Below, piece after piece: positions 8,758 to 17,555 of a DNA stretch of 54,659 bases. Both the position numbers and the translations under genes were made by a program. The stretch covers positions 1 to 54,659 of the forward strand of contig CAZHMN010000008.1 of the NCBI GenBank assembly GCA_964533705.1. Direction: 5' to 3'. The notes beneath the pieces are model-generated. The model was not told the origin of the DNA. It made no database searches and saw only the letters and a list, made by a program, of their open reading frames with translations. The DNA comes from an uncultured bacterium (GTDB lineage: Bacteria; Electryoneota; B3-LCP). Position 1 is the first letter of the stretch. Each line of letters begins with the position of its first letter.

Positions 8758-9660
8758 TCAAAAATTCAAGCTGAATGCGAATCTGTGAGCCTCCTCAAAA
8801 TCCTCGGCCAGAGGCTGGTAGGCGTAATCGAAAGCGTACCTGTTCCAGGCGAGGCCCGCGCCGCCCGAAAATGAGCGCAACTCGCTGCCCGTTTGGTAGC
8901 CGGCCCGCAGGAAGAAATGATCCTGCCAGGACCCTTCCAATCCTATATGTGCACGGATGTCATCATCGAAGAAATATTGCGCGTCCCCTAAACCGCGCAG
9001 GCTGAAATCGCCTCGCTTCAGGATTAAACCATCAACTCCGATGACCGCATTCCCGGGCAGCGGTGATTCCTCTTCATCGAGGGAATTCATGGCGCCCAGG
9101 CTGCGTACGGCGGCGGCCAGGGTGATCTCGGGAGCATTGAGGCGGTATGCAGCTCCAATGTCGGCGCTTCCCCCGGAAGCCTCTTCGACGTAAATCTGCT
9201 GCTGGATAAATCGGGCGGTCAGGCCCAGTGATAGGTTATCGCTAAGCCGGTAGGCGAAGCTCAATCCTGCGGCCACGTCGTGTGCAGAGAAGGTTTCAAT
9301 CGGTTCATCCGAAGGCAGCACCCTCCGTTCTATGTCGGGAGTAGTGAATGCATTAAAGGAGAGCCCCACGGAATACTTTCCATATGAAAAGAGCAACGCC
9401 CCCGATTGCATGGTCATGTCGAGCAGCCAGTCACTGTAGGCGAAAGCGGCCTGGGATTCCTCGGCGAACGCCAGAAGTGCGGGATTGTGGAAAACGGCCA
9501 TCGCCCCCTTTGATCCGGCGGCGCCCGCTTCGCCCAGGGCTGAGGAACGAGCATCCGGGGCGACCTTCAACAGGGGCAGCGATCCCGGCGTTTCAGCGTA
9601 AGCTGCGCTGACGAGAAACAGGCACAGAACGGTGAGATAACCGGCTTTATTTCTGATCAT
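8758..9660 (-). CDS. PorV/PorQ-family outer-membrane beta-barrel (T9SS-associated)
   Basis: Signal peptide, then LLKVAPDARSSALGEAGAAG...AVFHNPALLAF. The G.ARS.ALGEAGVA...NPA.L motif is typical of PorV/PorQ-like proteins, and the protein ends in an aromatic residue (SLNF). Confidence 0.7.
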   Translation of the reverse strand: MIRNKAGYLTVLCLFLVSAAYAETPGSLPLLKVAPDARSSALGEAGAAGSKGAMAVFHNPALLAFAEESQAAFAYSDWLLDMTMQSGALLFSYGKYSVGLSFNAFTTPDIERRVLPSDEPIETFSAHDVAAGLSFAYRLSDNLSLGLTARFIQQQIYVEEASGGSADIGAAYRLNAPEITLAAAVRSLGAMNSLDEEESPLPGNAVIGVDGLILKRGDFSLRGLGDAQYFFDDDIRAHIGLEGSWQDHFFLRAGYQTGSELRSFSGGAGLAWNRYAFDYAYQPLAEDFEEAHRFAFSLNF

Positions 9661-10670
9661 TAAAAGCTCACGGAGAAGGATATTACTTGCGAATCGTAAG
9701 GGGGCACGTCTTGAATTTGATAGGCGTAGTCCAGTTGCCCCCGTAGCTTCCAGACGAGGAAGCCGAAACCGAAGCCGAAGGCCAGGTCCTTGTCGTCGTA
9801 ACCGGCGCGCAGGTCGAAGCTGTACGGGCCAGTCGGTTTAAAAGAATACTCCGCACCGGCGTGGATTTGGTTATCCTCTTGATCGCTGGTCTCGAATTCG
9901 CCAGCCAACAGTAGCCCGAAGTCGAAGTAATAGGCGGCACCGCAACGGTAGATGCGGGGGAATTCGTCCGTGATGGTGGTGCCGTCATCACCCCAGATCG
10001 TGGAGGTGTCCCAGCGGTACTGGGCGTTAATGTGCCGGGCTTGGGCTCCCAGATATAATTCCCGCCAGGGATTGACCAGTATTCCGGCGTCAAATCCCAG
10101 GCGGGTAGCGGAGAGGGATTCTTCCTCGGTCAGATCAGGGAACGAATTATACAGTACTTTGGGTGAAAATCCCACGGCAATACGATCCGCCAGCCGAAGT
10201 GCAAAGGAGAAGTAAAAGGCGTTCTCGGAGTTTTCGAACGTACCGATGGGATTGCCATCGGTGTCGCGCCCTTCCAGTTCGCCGGGGCCGGCGTTGATCC
10301 AGCCGATTCCCAGACCGGCGGACAGCGTTTTGCCCGATTCCGCTGCCGGCGGGTGCAGCGGGGTAGCGAAACCGATGAAGTTTAAGTGCCGATCCAGCGA
10401 AAGGTAGTTATATGTCGTTAGAACCGTTTTCTTTTCAAGATAGGGGAGAGAGGCCGGATTATAGAAAATGCCGTAACCATTGCCCGGAATGGCCACGCCC
10501 ACGTCGCCCATCGCCAGAGCGCGGGCTCCCAAGCCCATGCGCAGGAAAGCTCCGGCGGTACCGGCGTTGGAACCTGCGTTTGCGGCGGGGATCCATGCCG
10601 CGGAACATATACCCATTAAAAGGCAGGCCAGCAGTCTGTTTCGGAGGATTTTTAAAGCTGCAATTTGCAT
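9660..10670 (-). CDS. PorV/PorQ-family outer-membrane beta-barrel, second paralog
   Basis: Signal peptide, then GTAGAFLRMGLGARALAMGDVGVAI...IFYNPASLPYL, with a C-terminal ...ISFSVSF. Its stop overlaps the next start by 1 nt (TAATG at 9658-9662). Confidence 0.7.
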   Translation of the reverse strand: MQIAALKILRNRLLACLLMGICSAAWIPAANAGSNAGTAGAFLRMGLGARALAMGDVGVAIPGNGYGIFYNPASLPYLEKKTVLTTYNYLSLDRHLNFIGFATPLHPPAAESGKTLSAGLGIGWINAGPGELEGRDTDGNPIGTFENSENAFYFSFALRLADRIAVGFSPKVLYNSFPDLTEEESLSATRLGFDAGILVNPWRELYLGAQARHINAQYRWDTSTIWGDDGTTITDEFPRIYRCGAAYYFDFGLLLAGEFETSDQEDNQIHAGAEYSFKPTGPYSFDLRAGYDDKDLAFGFGFGFLVWKLRGQLDYAYQIQDVPPYDSQVISFSVSF

Positions 10671-10691
10671 GTTCTAGTTGAAATTTTGACG

Positions 10692-12188
10692 TTAATGAAT
10701 CACCGCGAACTTACCCCAGACCGGATCAGCGCTGCTGCGCTCGACGCTGTAGAAATACACTCCCGTCGCCACCGGTTCGCCATTCCCCCGCAATCCCGTC
10801 CAGGCTTCGTAGTTGTCTCCGGCGTTTCTGTATTTGTTCTGAACGACCGTGGCCACTTCATCCATGGCGAAATCGAAGATTTTAACGGTAACTCTTCCGG
10901 CGGAGGGCAAATCGTACTGGAAGCGGATGACGTCGTGCAGGCGCGGCGAGAAGGGATTGGGATAGGCGTAGGTGGCCGGTTGACCGTTCTGGTTGGTGGG
11001 CAAGTAGGCCCTGAGACCCATGTAAAAATACCAGTTGTTGCCCAGGTCGGGACTCAGGGCGATGCCATCGGCGGTTCCCACGAAGAGCAGGTTTTCATAA
11101 GCCAGGGCGCTGTAAACTTCCGAACCATAAAGCAGATCACCGCTGGCCGAATCGGCGATTTGCGGGAAGATTTCCCACGATTCCCCTAAGTCAACTGATT
11201 TGAATAAGCCCAGGTTGGTGGCCACGTAAACGATGGAATCGTCGAAGGCGAAATTGTGAGCTTTTAAAGTCTGATCGGGATCGGTGAGCACAACCTCCCA
11301 GGTGATCCCGCCGTTTTCCGTCTTGCTGACTCCGTAAAATTCGCCGGATGCTTCCGCTTGCCAGGTTGCAGCCCAGAGGATATCGTAGGAGCCCCATTGC
11401 TGCCGTCCCAGCGCAGTGACGAAGTTTCCGGAGATACCGTTCTCGCTGTGGTTGAAGTTCTCCCAGGTCTCACCGCCGTCGGTGGATTTGTTGATCCCCG
11501 CAGCGGTTCCCACCCACAGTACAGAATCATCTCCGGTGACGGCGAAGGCCCGGTGGTTCAGGTGATCGAGCGAGGAGAATTTTTGTTCATCGGGCGTGAC
11601 GATGTGCCAGGTGCTGTCGGCAAAGCTGTATTTGCGCAGTCCACCGCCCCAGGAGGTGATCCAGACCTCCGTCGAAGTAACCTGAAGATCATAGGTTACG
11701 TTCTGTACGTTGGTCGTGGTGGGTTTGTCAATCAGGAGGCTGTCCGGATCTTTGCTCTGGTCGGCGGAATCCACGGGCTGGTCGAACCAGGTCCAGATGT
11801 AACCGCCGTCGGTGGAAAAGCCGACTCCACCGCCGGCGGGCAGAGGCCCCTGCGAAGTCGAAGCCGTGTAGGCCGTGGCCGCCCAGATGACGCCGTCTTT
11901 GGCGTCCAGCGCCGATACCGATCCTTCACCCATACCGAAATCCGCGCTAAAAGAATCCCAATCCTGATCCTGAATGTGCCAGACGGAGAGGCCGTTTCCG
12001 GTGCCCATCAAAACGTCCGATCCATAGGGCACCATATCAACGATCGAATTGGAGAGCAGCCTTTGCCCCGGTTCACCTCCTTCAGATGCGAATCGGAAGC
12101 CGGTCTTCCCCGGCGTTTGGGCGAAAGCGGTTAAATAAAAAAAAGCTGCTGCAACGCCGCTGAGAACAATTCGTGTCGAGGTTTTCAT
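10692..12188 (-). CDS. BNR/Asp-box (sortilin/Ycf48-like) beta-propeller protein with a T9SS C-terminal sorting domain
   Basis: Repeated Asp-box motifs (FSTDGGYIW, KSTDGGETWE, KTENGGITWE, KSVDLGESWE). The C-terminal ~85 aa, YPNPFSPRLHD.IRFQYDL...VTVKIFD...TGVYFYSV, fits the Por secretion tail pattern. I chose the ATG at 12188 (MKTSTRIVL..., a proper signal peptide, 5 nt after the upstream stop) over the track start at 12209. Confidence 0.75.
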   Translation of the reverse strand: MKTSTRIVLSGVAAAFFYLTAFAQTPGKTGFRFASEGGEPGQRLLSNSIVDMVPYGSDVLMGTGNGLSVWHIQDQDWDSFSADFGMGEGSVSALDAKDGVIWAATAYTASTSQGPLPAGGGVGFSTDGGYIWTWFDQPVDSADQSKDPDSLLIDKPTTTNVQNVTYDLQVTSTEVWITSWGGGLRKYSFADSTWHIVTPDEQKFSSLDHLNHRAFAVTGDDSVLWVGTAAGINKSTDGGETWENFNHSENGISGNFVTALGRQQWGSYDILWAATWQAEASGEFYGVSKTENGGITWEVVLTDPDQTLKAHNFAFDDSIVYVATNLGLFKSVDLGESWEIFPQIADSASGDLLYGSEVYSALAYENLLFVGTADGIALSPDLGNNWYFYMGLRAYLPTNQNGQPATYAYPNPFSPRLHDVIRFQYDLPSAGRVTVKIFDFAMDEVATVVQNKYRNAGDNYEAWTGLRGNGEPVATGVYFYSVERSSADPVWGKFAVIH

Positions 12189-12193
12189 TCTTA

Positions 12194-13360
12194 TCAAGGA
12201 ACCACCCACAGGCTGTCTACGATTTCACTTTGATTTCCCGCTTTATCTTCTCCCTTGAAATGGAACAGGTAGAGCCCCAGATCGTTCGAAGGTGAGATGC
12301 TGACGATTCGGGTATAAACCGAATCTCCCGCCAGAGTATCCCCGTATGCGCTGATATTGCCGTCATCGAACAGTTCGATCACAGAACCCCAGGTCAGATC
12401 CGGTTTCTGGGCCTGTATGGTGACGGTCAAAATGTCTGCTACGGTCTGATCGTCCCAGCATTTGACCGCTAAGGCGAATGTGGTGTCCTCCAGCGTTGGT
12501 CGGGGGATGGAATCGGGCAAAACGGAATCATTCAAATAGGGAGCGAGGTTCTCCATATAGACCGACTTGCCCAGCGAATCGCTCATCGTTTCGAACGTAT
12601 CCAGCGCCCGGAAGGCGAAAATGTAATCCCCGCTGGGGCGAGCCACGGCGAGATCAGCCTGGAGCGTCGTGCCGTAACGGTTGCTGCCCAGGGTTTCAAG
12701 TGCGATGGAATCCAGAAACGCGCTTTCGGGAGAATACAATTTCATATAAACCGCGGTGACCGAATCCACGCCGGGATCGTCGGGATCAATGACCTGCAAG
12801 CTGATCTGTTGCGGGGAAAAACCAGAAGACAAGGTATCAGGGAAAATCAAGCCGGATAGTTCCGGGGGCACGCTTTGAGCGACAATCACGGTGTCCAGAG
12901 GGCTTTTTATAGAACCTTCGCCGTGCCATACCGTCACCTGGAAATTATAACTGCCCGGAGACGCACCGGCGAACAGGGCGTTGATCCGGCGGCTGAAGAT
13001 GCCGTCATTCGCAATGACGTCGCCGGAAAACTTGCTGCAAAAGATGGTGTCCGGCGTATTGTGCTCGTAGAAGTTGGCATCGTCGAAGAGGGAAAATTGG
13101 GCGACGTCTTGCCCCGCATCATTGGATATAGAAGCCAAAACCGAATCAATATCCGCTGCTGGCATCCCCTTGACCTCTGCTCGGATCGGGAAGTAATTAT
13201 CAGAACCGGTCAGCAGATTGGGCAGGGTGGTATGCCAGTCAACGCTGACGGGTTCCTGATAGCTGCTGGTGGTAGTTTCTTCGCATCCAAGCGATAGGAG
13301 AAGGGCAAGCAGGGAAACTGCGCAGGGAAAAATTCTATTAAATGGACGAAACATCTGCAA
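12194..13360 (-). CDS. Lipoprotein with repeated Ig-like domains; function unknown
   Basis: Signal peptide with lipobox LSLGC. The motif LFDD(A/G)N....D..A.D..(F/Y)(S/T)R.(I/V) recurs near residues 90-125 and 330-355. It is the first gene of a four-gene co-directional cluster. Confidence 0.65.
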   Translation of the reverse strand: MQMFRPFNRIFPCAVSLLALLLSLGCEETTTSSYQEPVSVDWHTTLPNLLTGSDNYFPIRAEVKGMPAADIDSVLASISNDAGQDVAQFSLFDDANFYEHNTPDTIFCSKFSGDVIANDGIFSRRINALFAGASPGSYNFQVTVWHGEGSIKSPLDTVIVAQSVPPELSGLIFPDTLSSGFSPQQISLQVIDPDDPGVDSVTAVYMKLYSPESAFLDSIALETLGSNRYGTTLQADLAVARPSGDYIFAFRALDTFETMSDSLGKSVYMENLAPYLNDSVLPDSIPRPTLEDTTFALAVKCWDDQTVADILTVTIQAQKPDLTWGSVIELFDDGNISAYGDTLAGDSVYTRIVSISPSNDLGLYLFHFKGEDKAGNQSEIVDSLWVVP

Positions 13361-13536
13361 GGCGGTACATCGTTAAAGGACTTCAGGATTTGAACCTTAT
13401 ACCCCAAATTTGGGGCTAAAGATCCCCCTAATTTTGCCAAATAAGTTAATGTAGAAGAGGGTAATTGTCAAATGCTTTCCAGCTATTTTGCAGCGTAGCT
13501 CAGCTTTGTGATTCGGGAAAAAGCGGCGGATTTCGC

Positions 13537-13565
13537 TTGACAATCTTGACTAAATGAGCTATTTT
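13537..13565 (+). promoter_or_regulatory. Candidate sigma-70-type promoter for the kdsC-kdsD-lptCAB-rpoN block
   Basis: TTGACA (13537-13542), a 17-nt spacer, then TATTTT (13560-13565). This is a weak -10, and FCB-lineage promoter rules may differ. Confidence 0.3.
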
Positions 13566-13590
13566 TATAGTGCAAATTAAGTGCCGAACA

Positions 13591-14130
13591 ATGGAAGAAA
13601 TTTCTGCTGGATTGATTAAACGGATAAAGCCGATTCGACTCCTACTCATGGACGTTGATGGGACTCTTTCGGATGGTCGTCTATATTATAACGACGAGTG
13701 GGTTGAGAGCAAAGCCTTTGACGTGACGGACGGATTCGGGATCAGTCTGCTTCATTCCCAGGGTGTGAAAACGGGGATCGTTACGGGCCGGGAGTCGCGC
13801 ATCGTCACCGAGCGCGCCCGCGAACTGGGCGTCGAGATCGTCTATCAGGGGCGCTTTCGCAAGGATGACGTTCTAGCCAAAATATTAAAGGAACAAAACC
13901 TGGACGAAGGGCAGGTGGCCTTTATCGGGGATGATCTATTCGATCTGCCGATTTTACTGCGTGTCGGATTTTCCGCGGCGCCCGCCGACGCGCACCCGGA
14001 GGTGAGAAAGCGGGTCCACTTCGTTTCGAAGCGCAATGGTGGCCGGGGGGCTGTGCGGGAACTCTGCGAAGTCATCCTTAAAGTTCAGGGCCATTGGGAG
14101 AACATTCTGCAGAATTATTTGCAGGAATAA
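13591..14130 (+). CDS. kdsC: 3-deoxy-D-manno-octulosonate 8-phosphate phosphatase (HAD IIIA, YrbI family)
   Basis: LLLMDVDGTLSDGRLYY......K.F...DG.GI..L...G....IVTGR, GDDL.DLP and GGRGAVRE match KdsC. I prefer the ATG at 13591 over the GTG at 13570, which would sit inside the putative promoter. Confidence 0.85.
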   Translation: MEEISAGLIKRIKPIRLLLMDVDGTLSDGRLYYNDEWVESKAFDVTDGFGISLLHSQGVKTGIVTGRESRIVTERARELGVEIVYQGRFRKDDVLAKILKEQNLDEGQVAFIGDDLFDLPILLRVGFSAAPADAHPEVRKRVHFVSKRNGGRGAVRELCEVILKVQGHWENILQNYLQE

Positions 14131-14150
14131 TTCGAAATTAAGCATGATTT

Positions 14151-15149
14151 ATGGGTCACAATCTTCCACCAAATGCAAATAATTCCCTCGGAGAATGCCG
14201 CCGGGTGATTCAAATCGAAGCCCGGGCGGTGGAAGCCCTGCTCGAGCGGGTGGATCAGAGCGTGACCGGAGCGCTGGATCTGATGGAAGGCTCAATTTCC
14301 CGGAACGGCCGGATCATTCTGACGGGAATGGGCAAATCCGGTTTGGTCGCCCGAAAAATCTCTGCAACGCTTTCATCAACGGGCACGCCATCTCTGTTTT
14401 TACACCCGGCGGAAGCCATTCACGGAGACATGGGCGTGGTCAACCCCAACGATGCGGCGATCATCGTTTCCAAAAGCGGCCGCACCGATGAACTCGCCAC
14501 GCTGATTCCGGCTTTCCGCTTGCTGGGAACCCCCATTATCGGTCTGTTGGGGGATGTTGAATCGCCGCTGGCACAACTATGCGACGTCGTCATTGACGTA
14601 TCCGTCGCCGAAGAGGCCTGCCCCATGGATATTGTGCCGACGGCTTCGACGACGGCCGCCCTGGTCATGGGCGATGCCCTGGCCATCGCCCTGTTGCATC
14701 GCCGAGGTTTTACGGAAGAGGATTTCGCACTGTTACATCCCGGAGGAACGCTGGGCCGTAGGCTCCTTCTAAAGGTTGAATCCATCATGCACACCGGCGA
14801 TGAGATTCCCAGGGTGTCAATGGGAACCTCACTCAGGCAAACGATCGTTGAAATGACCAGTAAGAGGTTGGGTGCCACCTGCGTCCTGGATGAAAACGAT
14901 CAGCTTATCGGTATCATCACCGATGGTGATCTACGCCGCTTGATGGAAAGGGAAGCCGATTTATCCAATATTAGAGCGGCTGATATCATGACTCCCGATC
15001 CGAAGACCATTTCCCCTGATACGCTGGGTACGCGGGCCGTTCACCTGATGGAAAAACACGCCATCACCCAGTTAGTTGTGGTCAGCCGAGAAAAAGAATT
15101 AGTGGGTATTTTGCACCTCCACGATCTACTCACGGCGGGCATTACTTAA
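14151..15149 (+). CDS. kdsD: Arabinose-5-phosphate isomerase (SIS domain plus two CBS domains)
   Basis: GRIILTGMGKSGLVARKISATLSSTGTPSLFLHPAEAIHGDMG, followed by a tandem CBS region at the C-terminus. Confidence 0.92.
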   Translation: MGHNLPPNANNSLGECRRVIQIEARAVEALLERVDQSVTGALDLMEGSISRNGRIILTGMGKSGLVARKISATLSSTGTPSLFLHPAEAIHGDMGVVNPNDAAIIVSKSGRTDELATLIPAFRLLGTPIIGLLGDVESPLAQLCDVVIDVSVAEEACPMDIVPTASTTAALVMGDALAIALLHRRGFTEEDFALLHPGGTLGRRLLLKVESIMHTGDEIPRVSMGTSLRQTIVEMTSKRLGATCVLDENDQLIGIITDGDLRRLMEREADLSNIRAADIMTPDPKTISPDTLGTRAVHLMEKHAITQLVVVSREKELVGILHLHDLLTAGIT

Positions 15150-15150
15150 A

Positions 15151-15681
15151 ATGCGCTATATGATATTCATATTCGGGTGCTTTCTTATTCTGGGCTGTTC
15201 GAGGGTTGATGAGTCCGGCCCAGTCGCCACCAATAACGAGATTGTGCCCGATCAGGAAATCTGGGGCGGGAAAATTGAAATAACCGACAACGGCAGACTT
15301 CAATCCATCGTTCAAGCGGGTTATATGCAGTCTTTCCAGAAGAAGCAGATGACCCTTTTGGACAGCGGCGTAACGGTTGATTTTTTCAACAAGGAGGGGC
15401 AGCATACTTCCGTATTGACGTCGGAACGCGCCAGCATCGAGGAGAAATCCGATATTTTTAAGGCTCAAGGCAACGTCGTAGTGGTTTCGGATAGCGGCGC
15501 GGTGCTGCGAACAGAGAGATTGTACTGGGACAAAAAAAAGCGTCGGGTGAGTTCGGATACGCTGGTCATTTTGACGACCGATCTGGATTCCCTGCGCGGT
15601 TATGATTTTGAAGCGGACGAAAATTTAAAGTCGTGGAGTTTGAAGAAACCGACCGGCCGGACATTTCGGCGGAGGCAATGA
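15151..15681 (+). CDS. lptC: LPS export system protein LptC (lipoprotein- or TM-anchored)
   Basis: N-terminal anchor MIFIFGCFLILGCS. It has a beta-jellyroll-like repeat pattern (GNVVVVSDSGAVLRTERLYWDKKKRRVSSD) and sits between kdsD and lptA/lptB. Confidence 0.75.
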   Translation: MRYMIFIFGCFLILGCSRVDESGPVATNNEIVPDQEIWGGKIEITDNGRLQSIVQAGYMQSFQKKQMTLLDSGVTVDFFNKEGQHTSVLTSERASIEEKSDIFKAQGNVVVVSDSGAVLRTERLYWDKKKRRVSSDTLVILTTDLDSLRGYDFEADENLKSWSLKKPTGRTFRRRQ

Positions 15682-16808
15682 CGGTGCGGGTGATATTGTT
15701 TTTCGTAACGGTTGCCGGTTTGCTGCTATGCAATGATACGATTAGTCTGGCACAGCAGTCTCCGATCGTCCTGGAACGCGCCGATCTGCTCCGCACCGAA
15801 ACCGGGCCAAACGGTCCCATTCGTTATTTGGATGGCAACGTCTGGATCACCCAGGATACGCTTTCGGTCACCTGCGAACACGCCACCTATGAAGAAGAAC
15901 CCGGAAGGTTGTTCTTTAAGGAGGACGTGCATTTCGTCGAACCGGGGCGACAAATCTGGGCGGATCAGGCCATATACTATGAGCGCGACGGTCGCGCCAC
16001 CGCCGAAGGAAACGTTCGCATCGCGCAGGATTCCCTGTTGATTTTCTGCGATAGAGTGGTTTACACCGAGGCCCGAGAGGAAGCCCTGTTTTACGGAAAT
16101 GTTGAGATTCATTCATTGCCTGAAAATGCGGTCATGACCGGCGATCATGGGATTTACAATCGTCCCCGGGAGCACGGCGTGCTGACCATTAATCCGCGCA
16201 TGATCCGCCGATTTGATGAGACGGATTCGCTGGTCATTTCAGGCCTTTGCATTGAGTACTTTTTCGCTGAAAAGCGCGCCGTTGTCCTGGACAGCGTTGA
16301 GGTGGAACGCGGCGCATTTCGCGCCTGGGGGCAGGAGCTATATTACTGGGACGACCAGGAGCACGCCCGGCTGCTCGGCGACCCGATCATCGAACATGGA
16401 CGAGATGTGCTGACGGCCGATACGGTTGATGCTTATTTCAGCGATAAAGTTTTAGATAGGATTATTTTAACCGGGCAAGCAGTGGCGACCTCGCCGGTCG
16501 ATTCATTGTTCCCTCTGCCGAAAAACATAATGACCGGTCAGCGGATCGAAATCAGTTTCATCGGAGATGAGGTTGACAGCATCCACGTGCAGGGGAACGC
16601 CACCAGTACCTATTTCCTTCGGGAAAAGGGCGAGAAGAAAGGCGCCAACCGGGTGTCCGGCGATATAATAGACATCTGGATTTCTGAGGGCCGCATTGCC
16701 TGGATCTACGTGGAAGGCGGAACTGAGGGCGTTTATTATCCTCAGCATTTGGAGCGCCGCGCCCTGGCAGATGAGGAAGGATTACCAGTTTTGGGAAGAG
16801 AGCCGTAA
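15678..16808 (+). CDS. lptA: Extended LptA/OstA-family periplasmic LPS-transport protein (about twice canonical length)
   Basis: Signal or anchor [17 protein letters not shown]. OstA-like units recur (A..A.Y......a.a.GNV.I), e.g. [21 protein letters not shown] and [21 protein letters not shown]. The ATG at 15678 overlaps the lptC stop (ATGA), and its own stop overlaps the lptB start (TAATG). Confidence 0.7.
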   Translation: MTVRVILFFVTVAGLLLCNDTISLAQQSPIVLERADLLRTETGPNGPIRYLDGNVWITQDTLSVTCEHATYEEEPGRLFFKEDVHFVEPGRQIWADQAIYYERDGRATAEGNVRIAQDSLLIFCDRVVYTEAREEALFYGNVEIHSLPENAVMTGDHGIYNRPREHGVLTINPRMIRRFDETDSLVISGLCIEYFFAEKRAVVLDSVEVERGAFRAWGQELYYWDDQEHARLLGDPIIEHGRDVLTADTVDAYFSDKVLDRIILTGQAVATSPVDSLFPLPKNIMTGQRIEISFIGDEVDSIHVQGNATSTYFLREKGEKKGANRVSGDIIDIWISEGRIAWIYVEGGTEGVYYPQHLERRALADEEGLPVLGREP

Positions 16809-17536
16809 TGCATATTCTGCGCGGTGAGGATCTGGTAAAAATTTACGGCCGCCGCGCCGTGGTTGATCACGTCAGCCCCGAAGTGACGCAGGGGGAGATC
16901 GTCGGTCTCCTGGGGCCCAACGGCGCGGGAAAGACCACCACCTTCTATATGATAACGGGGATGATTCGCCCCTCGCAAGGACGCATTTTTCTGGATGACC
17001 AGGAAATAACGGACATGCCCATGTACCGCCGGGCTCGTCTGGGCATTGGCTATCTCTCGCAGGAGCCTTCGATTTTCCGAAAGCTTACTGTAAAAGAAAA
17101 CATACTGGCTATTTTGCAGATGTTGCCGCTATCAAAAAAGCAGAGAAAACAGAAGCTCGAGGAATTGTTAGAGGAATTAAGCATCAGCCACCTGGCGGAT
17201 CGTAAGGCCTACACCCTTTCAGGAGGGGAACGGCGCCGGGTTGAAATCACCCGCACACTGGTGACGAATCCGAAATTCATCCTGCTCGATGAACCCTTCG
17301 CAGGAATTGATCCCATCGCTGTCGGCGATCTGCAAACGCTGGTGCGGGACTTAAAAAAACGAAGCATCGGGGTGCTGGTTACCGATCACAACGTCCATGA
17401 GACCCTATCCATCACGGATCGCGCTTACCTGCTTTACGAAGGCCGCATTTTGAAATCGGGGACTTCGGATTTCCTGGCGGCCGATCCGGAAGCAAGAAAG
17501 CTCTATCTGGGAGAATCGTTTAAACTCGATCGATGA
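16808..17536 (+). CDS. lptB: LPS export ABC transporter ATP-binding protein
   Basis: Walker [10 protein letters not shown], signature [11 protein letters not shown], Walker [13 protein letters not shown] and H-loop TDHNV. The context is lptC-lptA-lptB-rpoN. Confidence 0.93.
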   Translation: MHILRGEDLVKIYGRRAVVDHVSPEVTQGEIVGLLGPNGAGKTTTFYMITGMIRPSQGRIFLDDQEITDMPMYRRARLGIGYLSQEPSIFRKLTVKENILAILQMLPLSKKQRKQKLEELLEELSISHLADRKAYTLSGGERRRVEITRTLVTNPKFILLDEPFAGIDPIAVGDLQTLVRDLKKRSIGVLVTDHNVHETLSITDRAYLLYEGRILKSGTSDFLAADPEARKLYLGESFKLDR

Positions 17537-17555
17537 ATTTGCGATTACGATAATT

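Noticed and set aside
11358-12134. A 258-aa plus-strand ORF antisense to the BNR-propeller gene. Similar long antisense ORFs occur at 8287-8874, 10665-11189, 39176-39778 and 40284-40940.
   Set aside because: All lie entirely within, or straddle, better-supported genes on the other strand. They have Arg/Gly/Pro-rich composition without recognisable domains, and I treat them as shadow ORFs.
13402-13415. A perfect 14-bp palindrome CCCCAAATTTGGGG lies in the divergent promoter region between the lipoprotein operon and kdsC. Another, AAGTAATATTACTT, lies at 27721-27734.
   Set aside because: Zero-loop 7+7 palindromes are expected by chance about three times in 54.7 kb. Without recurrence elsewhere or conservation data, I cannot support an operator call.
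13493-13504. GCGTAGCTCAGC resembles the acceptor/D-arm start of a tRNA.
   Set aside because: No complementary D-stem (GAGC), anticodon arm, T-arm (GGTTCGAATCC-like) or acceptor 3' strand follows, so it is not a tRNA. The match is too short to call a tRNA remnant.
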